Of a stretch of DNA of 64,000 nucleotides, positions 1 through 11,758 are shown one piece after another. Within the stretch, counting starts at the first letter, position 1, and every line of letters starts with the position of its first letter. A program made the translations under genes and the position numbers. Under the pieces are notes generated by a model. That model did no database searches. It saw only the letters and a list, made by a program, of their open reading frames with translations, and was not told where the DNA came from. Origin of the DNA: Octopus vulgaris (Eukaryota). The DNA lies in the NCBI GenBank assembly GCA_951406725.2, contig OX597823.1, forward strand, positions 47,120,001 to 47,184,000. Direction: 5' to 3'.

Positions 1-24
1 AGAATATTTTCTGTTCTAGACATA

Positions 25-76
<52 letters not shown>

Positions 77-220
77 GTTACATTTCGGGATGATCTTTTT
101 TTTTTTTGTTGTTGTTTGGTTTTCTGCGAAATAAAATAAACGCACTATATAATCGTTCTTCACTCGCTTTTTTACTGTTCTTATTTTAACGAATGTCCAT
201 TGTCCGGACATCTTTCGTCA

Positions 221-447
221 TACGAAAAATTCCTAGCTTTAAGGTTATCGTGGTAGGCATGGCTGGAGGCCCAACCTTCCGGTTGTTTTCTTTTGTTTTT
301 TTTTACACGGCTTAGAGTAACTGAAAGACCGTTGCAATAAATGTGAGAATCTGAGAGTGGAATATGTTGAATAGAATCATAATAAACAGATCCTCCTGTA
401 TTTTCTTTTACCGAAAGCAATGAACTTTTTCAGCACCCCTTCCTGTA
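221..447 (+). mobile_element. Mariner-derived MITE (~230 bp) retaining the 3' end of the transposase
   Basis: Reverse-complement copy of the elements at 12878-13530 and 13534-13754. + strand reads GLE*LKDRCNKCENLRVEYVE*, a mariner-type C-terminus. Right end aactttttcagcacccct..gta. Confidence 0.75.
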
Positions 448-524
448 CGTATAAAGTATACATAGATATATATAAAGGGATATATGCGTATACACACATA
501 CATATTTTTGTGTGTGCATGAATA

Positions 525-622
525 GGTATGTATGTATGTATGTATGTATGTATGTATGTATGTATGTATGTATGTATGTATGTATGTATGTACGTACGTA
601 TGTATGTATGTATGTATGTATG
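525..622. repeat. (TATG)n microsatellite
   Basis: Direct inspection; source of the HTYI/MYVC ORFs. Confidence 0.95.
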
Positions 623-1044
623 CATGTTGTTCCTTCTTGTCGGAAGAATGCCATCCCCTCATTAAATTTTGCTGAAACATGTACAAACACGGACACAGAT
701 GCGACACTTGAACTATTTCCCTCCCGAATATGCCTAGTATAGTACATGCAGCTGACTTACAAGTTAAGCCATACTCATTATAAACGTATATACTTATATT
801 GTAAGTGTTCAAACTTAAGTTTGAGTGTGTGTGTGTGTAGTGAAGAGTATGCTCATATCAATCGGAACAGAAATTAGCCGGATTGTACAGGGCCACACCA
901 TGAGCAAGTGTGTAATATCTTAGCCTCAAGTCAGTGCAAATCATTTTACAGTATTGTGCTATGGTATTAAGTTAAATATGTACGTATTTCTTTAATACTC
1001 GTCCACCGCCGAATCGAGATACTTTCTCAATAATGTGTGCGTTT

Positions 1045-1353
1045 ACGACGACGAGGGTCCCAGCTGATACGATCATCGGAACAGCCTGCTCATGAAATTA
1101 ACGTGCAAGTTGCTGAGCAATCCACAGACACACGTACTCCTAACATAGTTCTCAGGGAGATTCAGCGTGACACAGAGAGTGACAAGGCTGGCTCTTTGAA
1201 ATACAGGTACTACTAATTTTTGCCAGTTGAGTGGACTGGAGCAACGTGAAATAAAGTGTCTTGTTCAAGGACACAATGCATCGCCGGGAATTGAACTCAC
1301 GACCTTACAATCGTGAGCCGAATGCTCTAACCACTAAGCCACGCGCCTTCACA
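1045..1353 (-). mobile_element. tRNA-derived SINE with V-like central domain and family-C tail
   Basis: Minus strand has A box tggcttagtgg, B box gttcaattcc, then tgtgtccttgaacaagacac...ctccagtccactca, then a tail matching 21548-21735. Flanked by gcgttta on both sides. Confidence 0.8.
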
Positions 1354-1547
1354 CGCGTTTATATGTATTATTTATTTAAAGGACACAATACATGTTTTTA
1401 AGTGCTACTTGTAGTTTCATATGTTGAGAAATATCTCACACATATTGATCAGACACAAAGGTATGTATTGAGTCCTTTCAATAAATATTTATCTCTCACC
1501 TAATGGAGTTACTTTTCTGTTGAATATAGGCGCAAGCATAGGTGCAT

Positions 1548-1700
1548 GGTATGAAGCTTGCTTCCCAGCCACATGGTTCCGGGTTCAGTCTCACTGCGTG
1601 GCATTTTGGGCAAGTGTCTCTATTCTAGCCATGGGCCGACCGAAGCCTTGTGAATGCATTTGGCAAACAAAAACTGAAAGAAGACCATCGTATTTGCATT

Positions 1701-1735
<35 letters not shown>

Positions 1736-1755
1736 CTGTGTCTGTGTGTGTGTCT

Positions 1756-1787
<32 letters not shown>

Positions 1788-1789
1788 CT

Positions 1790-1859
<70 letters not shown>

Positions 1860-2010
1860 ATACTTGTTGGCCCAGCCTTCTTACATTCTATGTCACGCTG
1901 TATCTCCGTGAGAACTACATAAAGAATACGCCTGTTTTGGGAGTGATCAGCAACTTGCTTGTTAATTTCATGAGCAGGCTGTTCCATTGATCGGATCAAC
2001 TGGAACACAC
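1548..2010 (+). mobile_element. Chimeric SINE: family-A head + (TG)n + family-C tail
   Basis: 1548-1700 aligns to the family-A head (ggcgca...ttgggcaagtgtct...aactgaaagaag). 1870-2010 aligns to the family-C tail (tgtcacgctg...gagaactac...gagcaggctgttcc). Confidence 0.7.
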
Positions 2011-2019
2011 ATCAATTTT

Positions 2020-2384
2020 GTCGACGAGCTGGCAGAATCATAAGCACGCCGGGCAAAATACTTAGCGGTATTTCGTCTGCCGCTACGTTCTGAGTTTCAT
2101 CCTTTCGGGGTCGATTAAATAAGTACCAGTTACGCACTGGGGTCGATATAATCGACTTAATCCGTTTGTCTGTCCTTGTTTGTCCTCTCTGTGTTTAGCC
2201 CCTTGTGAGGAGTAAAGAAATAGGCATTTCGTCCGTCTTCACGTTTTGAGTTCAAATTCCGCTGAGGTCGACTTTGCCTTTCTTACTTTCGGGGTCGATA
2301 AATTAAGTACCAGTGAAACACTGGGGTTGATGTAATCGACTAGTCACTTCCCACCAAACTTCAGGCCTTGTATCTTTAGTAGAA

Positions 2385-2390
<6 letters not shown>
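2020..2390 (+). mobile_element. SINE family B (tRNA head, Nin/Deu-like domain), composite copy with (ATT)n tail
   Basis: gagctggcagaatc...gttctgagtt head. The cctttcggggtcgataaattaagtaccagt domain occurs twice. Followed by (ATT)n. Confidence 0.8.
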
Positions 2391-2443
<53 letters not shown>

Positions 2444-2539
2444 GGACTCACACACATGCCTGAATATATAAGTAGGCACGTTGGTGTAATAGTTAGCACA
2501 CTTAACAGGAGAATGAGAAGTGTGGGTTCAATATATATA

Positions 2540-3032
2540 TAGGGTGCGATGAATAAACTGTCGTCTAAATTACGCAAAAATGAAAATAACACTGACATTT
2601 TAACAGATTCATTTTTCTAAAATTACATAAAAATATCTTAAAATACTAAAGAGTAAATTTATTCAATAAAATCGTCATTGGTTTCAATCACCGCCTCCAG
2701 ACAACCTCGGAATCTCCTGCTACTCTTCTGAACGCTCACCTTCTTTAAGTTGGTGAATGCTGCCATAACCCTTGCCTTCAGTTCATCTTCGGTTGTTACA
2801 AGGAGATTTTGTTTTTGGTCTCTTGCTCAACTGTGCCCCACACATAATAATCAAGGGGGTTGCAAGCTGGGGAGTTAGGTGGTCAGATGTTAGGGGTGGT
2901 GTGGACGAAGAAATTGTCTGACAGCCATGACTGGATTCTCCTGCTTATGTGGCATGGTGCACAGTCCTATTGCTAGACATAAGGTCTTCCAGCAGCCATC
3001 CTCTTCACCCAGGGTAGCACTGCCTCCTCCAA
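2540..3032 (-). mobile_element. Degenerate Tc1/mariner DD37D (maT-like) transposase, 3' fragment
   Basis: Minus translation: LPWVKRMAAGRPYV*Q*DCAPCHISRRIQSWLSDNF..PPNSPACNPLDYYVWG..CLEAVIETNDDFIE*. Terminus tatagggtg. Confidence 0.8.
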
Positions 3033-3077
3033 GCAACTTTGGGACGAATTGGCCAACAGTTGGAATTCACCTTGGTA

Positions 3078-3384
3078 CTGGAACAATAAAATGATTGCAT
3101 TGCAGAATTAATTCTCATCCGTCCTTAACTTCCGATCAAACACCATTGGAGCATATGATCAATGCAGACGTATTAGAGTCATGGTTTCTTTTAATTTTGG
3201 GCCGCAGGCTCAGTTAGCCCTCGACAGGAGTTATCTTAAAAATCCGCAGGGAGTGCGGCTTTTAAGCTGGAACAATAAAATGATTGCATTGCAGAATTAA
3301 TTCTCATCCGTCCTTAACTTCCGATCAAACACCATTGGAGCATATGATCAATGCAGACGTATTAGAGTCATGGTTTCTTTTAAT
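3078..3384. repeat. Direct repeat of 2 x 118 bp (3078-3195, 3267-3384) with a 71 bp spacer
   Basis: ctggaacaataaaatgattgc...catggtttcttttaat occurs twice and appears identical. Confidence 0.9.
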
Positions 3385-3714
3385 GCATATATATATATAT
3401 ATGATATATACATTAACAGTCAACAGATGAGATCCAGAGATTCTCTATATAGAAAACAGTTAGCAGCGGTCAAATGATTCGAACTCAGACTCTGATGTTT
3501 TTTGCCAGGGACCAATTCCGAGTTGTAGAGAGTAACCATAAGTAGAATTCAAGGTGAGCAGGTATGGAGGCAATTATGCGGATAATCAAATAAAATATAA
3601 ACAGCTTGGGTTTGTTATACAAAATAGTTTTAAGTTCGAAACATTTCAGCGCTACTAAGCGTTTTCTATGTATTTGACGTATATACATACATCCACACAC
3701 ACACAGGCATATAC

Positions 3715-3757
<43 letters not shown>

Positions 3758-3779
3758 TACACATACATACATTCGCACG

Positions 3780-3815
<36 letters not shown>

Positions 3816-4700
3816 CAAGCATATGTATATACACATCGATACGAAGGTATATATATATACATACATGTGCATGCATTCATACATGTGTAACATTAATCAA
3901 GACCATAGCTAGTAGTGCATAAGACCCTTTAGTGCATAATTATTAGTGCATAAGGTTTATTCGAGCAGACGGTAGTTAGTTAATTACATCCGCGGTAAGG
4001 GACAGAATATTGTTCGGTATCCTATGTGTACGTGTGTTTGATACTATACGCGCAAATGCACAAGCGCACTAATACAAACACGCACATGCACACAAACACG
4101 CAATCTCACACACACATACACATACACATACACATGCACAACGACATACCCACAGATATGCACACACACACACACATACATGTTCGTAGAGAGAGAGCTA
4201 GAAAAAAATACAGAAAGCGAGGCGTACATGGAGTCATATACACATGCATACATGCATGTACAAGTATGTTTGTATGTAAATTATGTATGCATACATGTCT
4301 GTCTGTCTGTCTGTCTATGTATGTATGTATGTATGTATCTATGTATGTATGTATGTGTATGTGTATATGCAGAGAGACATCTATTTATCTATTTATAGAC
4401 ACACACATACACACACACATATAAATGCAAAAGTATGTATGTATATGTATGTGTATGCATACATAAGTATAAAGACAGATACACACACTCACACCCACCC
4501 ACATATATGTATACACATACACACACACATATAAATGCAAAAGTATGTATGTATATGTGTGTGTATACATACATAAGTATAAAGACAGATACACACACAC
4601 TCACACACACACACATATATGTATACACACACACATATATGTACACACATACACATATATATATATATATATGTACACACACACACATATATATATATGT

Positions 4701-4733
<33 letters not shown>

Positions 4734-5614
4734 CATGTTTGTATGTGTGCATGTGTGTATATATAAATATATTTACTGCGAATACCTCAAGACTTTTGGA
4801 CTTTCGTTAATTTAAAGTAACAAGATCATAATTTATTATTCTTTTTTTTTTTTTTACTGTTTTTCTCTTTTTTTTATTTTATTCCTTTTAGAACTGATGT
4901 CTGATTTTTCGCTAACACATTGAATTGAAGCAAATAGTCTAGGCCGTCTCTCGTCTCGTCTTGGGTCTTTAGTAAATGTTGTAAATACTTTCCTTATTTT
5001 GTTTTCCTTCAAAAGCTTTAAACGGCTGTCTGCTTTTCAAGTTAGCTTGAAGCAATATAAGAATAAACTGACAGATATTTTATATATATATATATTCTAC
5101 TGAATTAATTGCCTACCCTGTGTTATTACTGTCTAGTAAAATCGACCCACCACCCGTATCAAACATAAACACAGACATTTCTCTGTATATGTTGTGTGTT
5201 GCTGTGTATACGTGCGTAAAGCTGTGTATGAGACACAAAGAGACAGAGTGACAGCGAGACAGAGTGACAGCGAGACAGAGAGTGAGTGAGATTCGTAAGA
5301 AGGGTAAAGTACATATACGCTGTTGTTTATTTCCTCTTTTTATGTATACGAAAGAGAAGAAACGACCCAGGGGTAATATATAAAGGTATTCATTATTATT
5401 GATTTCTTTTCAGTATGCCTGAGGCCATAATATGTGTTAGTGAGGTAAGTACAATCGATTAAATTGACTCCAGTATATCACTGGGTTTATTTTCTTGACC
5501 TCGAGGAGATGAAAGCAGGAGAGGAACCAATAATTCTATGCCTACCACCAGCAGTACTGTTTTAAATGGAAATTTAATGGCTTCTTCCCTACCTACTCCC
5601 TTTCTCCTTTTCAC

Positions 5615-5662
<48 letters not shown>

Positions 5663-5759
5663 TTTTCTTTTTTCTTATTTACTCCTGTACTCTCTCTTCC
5701 TCTCAGTCGCTTTCTATCTCTCTCTCTCTTTCTCTGACGTTAAATAGTGATGATGATAT

Positions 5760-5829
<70 letters not shown>

Positions 5830-5858
5830 AAAGAGTAAAAGAGTAAAGAGAGTAAAGA

Positions 5859-5906
<48 letters not shown>

Positions 5907-6697
5907 CATTCTCTTTCAAAATGGTTCCCTCTCTCTTTTGTCACTCTCTCTCTCTCTCTCTCAATCTCTCTCTCTCTCTTTCTCTCTCTCTCCCCCTCTC
6001 TCTCACTCACTCACTCTCTCCTCATTTTGCTTTCAAGACGGTAATTTTGCTGTTTCACTTCAAGCTCTTTCGCAACACTGATTGATTGTGTGTTCACCAC
6101 TAATATGATATCCGGGTTCAAAAAGGCAATAAAGTTTTAAATGAATTTTTATCTTTGAGAGAGAGATTACATATATTAACAGCTTGAATATCCGTGCCAG
6201 TAGTTAATTATTAATCCTTCACTTCGACTCAGTACGTATAACTTTCGATTGATCTTCCAAATTTACTTCTCGACATGGACAATGGCGTCTTGGGCTATAT
6301 TTACCGCCGCCATGTTCGATACGTATTTATTTCTATGTTTATTTGGTTTATTTTGTTGTCAGGTGTATCAAACTTTTTAGATTTGGTATTGATTGGTTAA
6401 GAGTATTAAAGGAATTCCGTTTCTTGTCTTTGCATAACGATAAGAGTCGAAGTAATACATAAGATGATGTATGTATCGTACTTACGATATGTTTGTGTTG
6501 ATGCTTAATTCGCCATCTGACATTTCATTGAATGGACCGAACCTCAAGACAGCTAAAAAGATTACTCGACCTGCAAGAAATAGCAGCCAAATCTTACTCA
6601 AATCAAATCACAGTCTAACATCTTAAATAACCGAAGGCTCGTGGGCGGCTTAGTGATTAAAGTATTGTACTCACGATCACAAAATAGTAGCTTAGAT

Positions 6698-6842
6698 GAG
6701 TGCTCCGCAAACTTTTTTCACCTGCAGCAAAATTCTAAACTAAAAGTATAGGGAAAAAATTATATTCAGGTTACACTGCGGCACACCTAACATCGTCTCG
6801 TGGCACACCAATGTGCCGCGACATACCAGTTGCGGAGCACTG
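6698..6842. mobile_element. hAT (Charlie-like) MITE
   Basis: TIRs gagtgctccgcaa / ttgcggagcactg. 8 bp TSD gcttagat (6690-6697) / gtttagat (6843-6850). Confidence 0.8.
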
Positions 6843-7597
6843 GTTTAGATTCCCTGATCGGTCGGTGTGTTGTATTTTTGAGCAAAACACTTCATTTCAC
6901 ATTTTTCCATTTCACTCACCTGTAACTGAGTAACCCGGTAACTGAGTAACCCGCTATCATGCAGTGAGACTGAACCCGAAATCATGTAGTTGGGAAGCAA
7001 GTTTCTTACCACACAACCCTGCCTGCGCATATTGACAGAAGTGCCAGAAACTGTAGAAACTGAATGACTTGCAGTATGTAATCATTATGCCTTTTTCATG
7101 ATAAGCATTTTTTTCTCTTTATGCCGATAAAATGTGTTGCTGCTGCTGCTGTTGTTGTTCTTGTTGTTGCTGTTGTTAAGCAACAAGACGGGTAAGGGTG
7201 ATTAGGTGATGGTCTAAGGCTTAGGGGCGGGAGACCCCAGACCTGGGAAAAAAAAACTTTGGTCGTCTTGTTGTAGTCGAGGGCTCTTTGTTGACGCCCC
7301 CCGACACCACTGAGAGGTGGCTCTCGAGGTCGCTGGAAATGGAGATCTCCAGGTTCAAATTCTTGGTCACAGTCTTATGACTGAAACAAGTAAAATATAA
7401 AATATAAAATTACTAAGTTGTTCGCTTCTATTTCTAACCAGTCCTGTTTGACTATTGGCCGGAGAGTCTGGCTATAGGTTAAAATAATTATCCTCCATGT
7501 TTTTGCTCCTCTGACTGAGAAGCAAAGCCTCTGTTGTTTGAATTAACTTCCTTCGTAAAAAACATTTCAATGTAACCAAGCGGTGGCGAGGAACAAA

Positions 7598-7639
<42 letters not shown>

Positions 7640-8647
7640 AATAGTTATATATTTATATTTATATATTAAAATTTATATGAAGGACTTCTTTCAGTTTGCT
7701 CCTACCAAATCCACTCACAGGCCGCAATCAAATGACTGAAACAAGTAAAAGAGTAAAAGAGTAAAAGAGTAAAAAGAGTAAATTTTAGAGTATTTAACTT
7801 ACTTAAAATGTAGAATCCAATAAATATTCCACATCATTGTCAGTTCTTCTCGAAAGAGTAGCCGGTTTTTTTTTTTCTGTAAGTATTCTTTTTTTTAAAA
7901 AACTTTTTCTGAGTACCTTTTATTAACAATGCCTTCTTTCAAACCCTTGATTGATTCTTTCCGAGGACCCACATAGAACATCCCATTACATGTCGAGTAA
8001 CAGTTGGCTTTTTGAGTAATCTGTCTTCTTTAGTTTTTACTTTTAAAGAAGCAGTATTTTTTATAATTGATACAGTTCAATAGAGAGAATAATCTTTCGT
8101 GCCAACCTGACAAATGTATAAAATTAGCTAAATTAGTCATATAAACTAGATTTGAAAAAAAAACAATTTTGAATTATAAAGTCTCGGTTTTAATGACGTT
8201 TAACCAGGAATATCTTCAATAGAGACTGGCCAATTGTATGCTGATAAATGATGGCTTCTCAATGCACCATCAAAATCATTTATACTGCTTTGTAGCACAA
8301 TGGATTAAGTACGGACCTTTGGCAGAATAAAAGAAGTAGGAGATACGCTGGGATTATAAGCCACCTCTAGGTCTGATAACATTAATTTAGCCATAATTTC
8401 TTCTTCTTTGAAAGGAAACGTTTTTTCTTATTTGAATACAAAGTTCCATTAGGAATTCAGACAGTCAGTTGCAAATCTTCTAACACTGATTTCATGAAGA
8501 CAAGATTTATTAATTAAATGTTTTGTTGTCATTCCCCTAAGATGAATCCTTAATACTTTTTGCAATAACTTTCAGTTTTTGATAATATTCTTTAGTAATT
8601 TATATTTAGTAAAGAAATTCTGATGGCATTATTAAGTACAGACAAAA

Positions 8648-9055
8648 GGCAGCGAGCAGGCAGAATCGTTAGCACGCCAAGCGAGATGCTTCACAGTATT
8701 TCGTCTGCCGCTACGTTCTGAGTTCAAATTACGCCTAGGTCATCCTTTCGAAGTCGATAAATTAAGTACTAGTTGAGTACTGGGGTCGATGTAATCGACT
8801 GTTCCCCCTCCCCACAAAATTCAGGCCTTGTGCCTATAATAGAAAGGATTATTAAGTATAGACGAAAGGCAAGGAACTGGCAGAATCGTTAGCGTGCCGG
8901 GTGAAACGCTTTGTGGCATTTCGTCCGTCTTTACATTATGTGTACAAATTCTGTCGGAGTAAACCTTGCTTTTCATCCTCCCTGGGTCGATAAAATAAGC
9001 ACCAGTTGAGCATTGGGGGTTGATGTAATCGACTTACCCCCTACCTCGAAATTGA
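8648..9055 (+). mobile_element. Two tandem SINE family B copies (8648-8847, 8868-9055)
   Basis: Each has a ggcagaatcgttagc head and the catcc...gtcgataaa..aagtac domain. Confidence 0.85.
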
Positions 9056-9186
9056 AGAAGCCACGGATCAAATTGTTCTACGATCATTATAATAATTGTT
9101 TCTCAATAATACCACTCCATTTTGTGCATATTTAGGTATTTTGTTGCTAATTGTTGATACCGCTTCTTGAATAAACATGGACTTCC

Positions 9187-9308
9187 TACAGACGTGGCCA
9201 AAGTTTGAGACATTTATTTTTGAAATTAAAATTATGCCCAAGTACAATTCGATTTAAATATATACGACGTATATTTTCAGACCTATGTTCCAAACTTTTG
9301 GCCAAGTA
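9187..9308. mobile_element. Short Tc1-like non-autonomous element
   Basis: Imperfect TIRs tacagacgtggccaaagtttg / caaacttttggccaagta. It interrupts the hAT coding remnant. Confidence 0.5.
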
Positions 9309-10344
9309 ATGATATACTGCAAATTAAATATACCTTTGGGCATTTAAAATAAAAAATTCTAATTTTCAAACTTGTTTTCCAAGCTTTTGGCTACAACTAT
9401 TGTCTGGTGCTGCTATCAGAAAAGATGTTAAATCTTTTACAAATGCCTCTGGATATGATGGCAATACAGCATGGCCAGGACAAAGAGTAACATAAAGATA
9501 AACGCATCCTACAATACAAATAGCAGGTATATCATCTTTCAGTAATTTCTGGAACCCGTTTTTTGGTATCCTAGATGGAAGGACAATTATTGTTTGAGCA
9601 TCTTCCAGAAATATCTTTCTTTTCACGTATAGTAGACTTCATAAACATTGTAAAGACGAAGAATCATTTCATTTTCAACAAACTACTGTATCTTACAAGA
9701 CTTCTACGTCATTATGCTTCTGCACATCGAAGTATCTCACAATACAGCCAAAATTTGGGTAACTGAAATATCTGTACTTCCATCAATTATGATAGAAAAC
9801 TTGTGAGTCTTACAGATATCTGTAGCACTATATTTCATGAAAGGCTATTCCATCCTGAATAATATATGAATGTTTTGTTGTTTTCTTCGACAGAAGATGA
9901 TCAATATTTGCAAAGGAAATGTTGTGTTCAACAAAATAGTCAACAATAAGAAGTTCTCGTTTGGCTGCTTGTTCACTCTTTGTTAACTATTTTTTGCCAT
10001 AAAATCCGCAACATCAACATTAGATTTAGCCATTTCAAAGCATTTCTGTAGGTTTGACAGAAGTTTTTTAGCTTCATTAGTACGGATTTATTTGCGTTTG
10101 TCAGATTAACATTGCGGCATTTACAATTATACAGTAACCAGCTTCTGTAGCAGTTTTTATTTGGGATTTTGCAGCCATTTTCATTTGAATGACAAGGAGT
10201 TTGTAACACAGGATGGCAAGGTTGCTAGACTCAAATCACCTACTGTAGTACAATAAATTTATACTAAGCAAGGCACCAAATTCTATTTGTATATTTGTAT
10301 ATGTGTATCATCATATCAATAGCGATTTTTGTCAAAAAAGCCCA

Positions 10345-10620
10345 GATGACTTCCACAAATATTGCCTTAGAAGGATAAGAAGAATTTCTTGGCACGACCA
10401 CATCGCAGATGAAGAAGACTTGGACATCGCTGTGAAATAACAGATGCTAAGTCAATGTCATAGGCATGCCTATAAATAGGCCAGTGAGAGTCCCTCTTGA
10501 ATGGCAGCAAGAGAAGAAGGAGCGTGGGAGGTGAGACAGATTTATGAGGAGAATCTGGCAAGTATGGCTTGAGCTGCAAACATGCTCATAACAACATCAC
10601 TTGCAAATGTGTTGGATAGA
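10345..10620 (+). mobile_element. RTE-clade LINE fragment, downstream of the RT domain
   Basis: + translation DFHKYCLRRIRRISWHDHIADEE matches the RTE motif CLRxILxIxWxDxIxNEE. Confidence 0.65.
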
Positions 10621-10664
10621 AATCTCTTATTGCTGGGTGTTTCATAAAACGTTAGTCTGTTTAC

Positions 10665-10845
10665 GTTTCTTATTTCTTTGTTGCCCACAAGTGGCTAAAC
10701 ATAGAGGGGACAAACAAGGACCGACAAAGGGATTAAGTCGATTACATCGACCTCAGAGCGTAACTCGTACTTAATTTATCGACCCCGAAATGATGAACGG
10801 CAAAATCGACCTCGGCGGAATTTGAACTCGGAACGTAACGGCATT
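10665..10845 (-). mobile_element. SINE family B fragment
   Basis: Reverse complement of 61270-61440. Confidence 0.8.
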
Positions 10846-11053
10846 CTGTAGCATTAGCGGTTCGGCAAAAAGGGACCGGTAGAACAAGTACTAAGCTTTA
10901 AAAAAAATGTGCTAGGGGTCGAAATCTCTTATTGCCGGATGCTTCATAAGATGCTGGTGTGTTTGTGTATATACGTTTCTGTAGCATTAGCAGTCTGGCA
11001 AAAAGTAAATGATAGAATAAGTACGAAGCTTTAAACAAAGTAATAATAATAAC

Positions 11054-11098
<45 letters not shown>

Positions 11099-11099
<1 letters not shown>

Positions 11100-11646
11100 T
11101 GCAGTACCAGGCAGTGGCTCTCATGGCGTCTGATCTTAACTGATTGGAAGTGTTATCATGTACATTGTTTTGTCTTGGTATAAAAGATGGGCTACAGCAA
11201 ATATTCTGCTCAATACCACAGATTTGCTTGTCAGTTGTTTGACCTTAACCAGTTGAGCATGTCCCTTAGTGGCTGACGATATGTGCATCTCTGATCACGA
11301 GCAGAAGTAGTGGGGGAGCATCATAGCCATGTGTTGAGAAGGATTCTTTGGGGTTTGAATAATTCACCTCTGGAAACATGGGTGTTTCGTTCAACGTCCT
11401 TAAACAACCCTTATTCAGGGACCTTTTGAGCGGGATGGGTTACTCGATCTGAAGAAAATTCTAACTGGGCCCCACCTGCAAGGTCATGTGCTGTTTATCT
11501 TGATATGAGATCACCATGTCGCGCACATATGGTTGTGATGCATGTGCCTGGTGTGCCCTTATCGGACGGGTAGTCATGATGGGTATACTGGGCTTCGTAT
11601 ATTTTACCCCAGTGTCACTTTGATGGCATGCTCTGCTCGCTCACTC
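11099..11646 (+). mobile_element. ~550 bp non-coding element embedded in (AAT)n, copy 1
   Basis: About 96% identical by eye to 57012-57568. (AAT)n on both sides. Confidence 0.85.

Positions 11647-11758
<112 letters not shown>

Larger units (their letters stand above)
7850..10230 (-). pseudogene. Degenerate hAT transposase (ZNF862/Blackjack-type), interrupted by SINEs and a mini Tc1-like element
   Basis: Minus-strand motifs in the expected order: YFVEHNISFANIDHL; KFSIIIDGSTDISVTQILAV/VRYFD (~9727-9802); KNGFQKLLKDDIPAICIVGCV..LPSYPEAFVKDL (ORF 9366-9626); FPFKEEEIMAKL; ERLFSLLNCI. Many stops and frameshifts. Confidence 0.8.

Noticed and set aside
181-420. 79 aa ORF with an apparent splice acceptor, as a terminal exon
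   Set aside because: It is the antisense reading of the mariner MITE at 221-447.
3078-3384. CRISPR-like or LTR structure
   Set aside because: Only two long repeats, eukaryotic context, no TG..CA ends, PBS or PPT.
4395-4625. 110 bp tandem duplication
   Set aside because: Slippage within CA/TA low-complexity sequence; ordinary.
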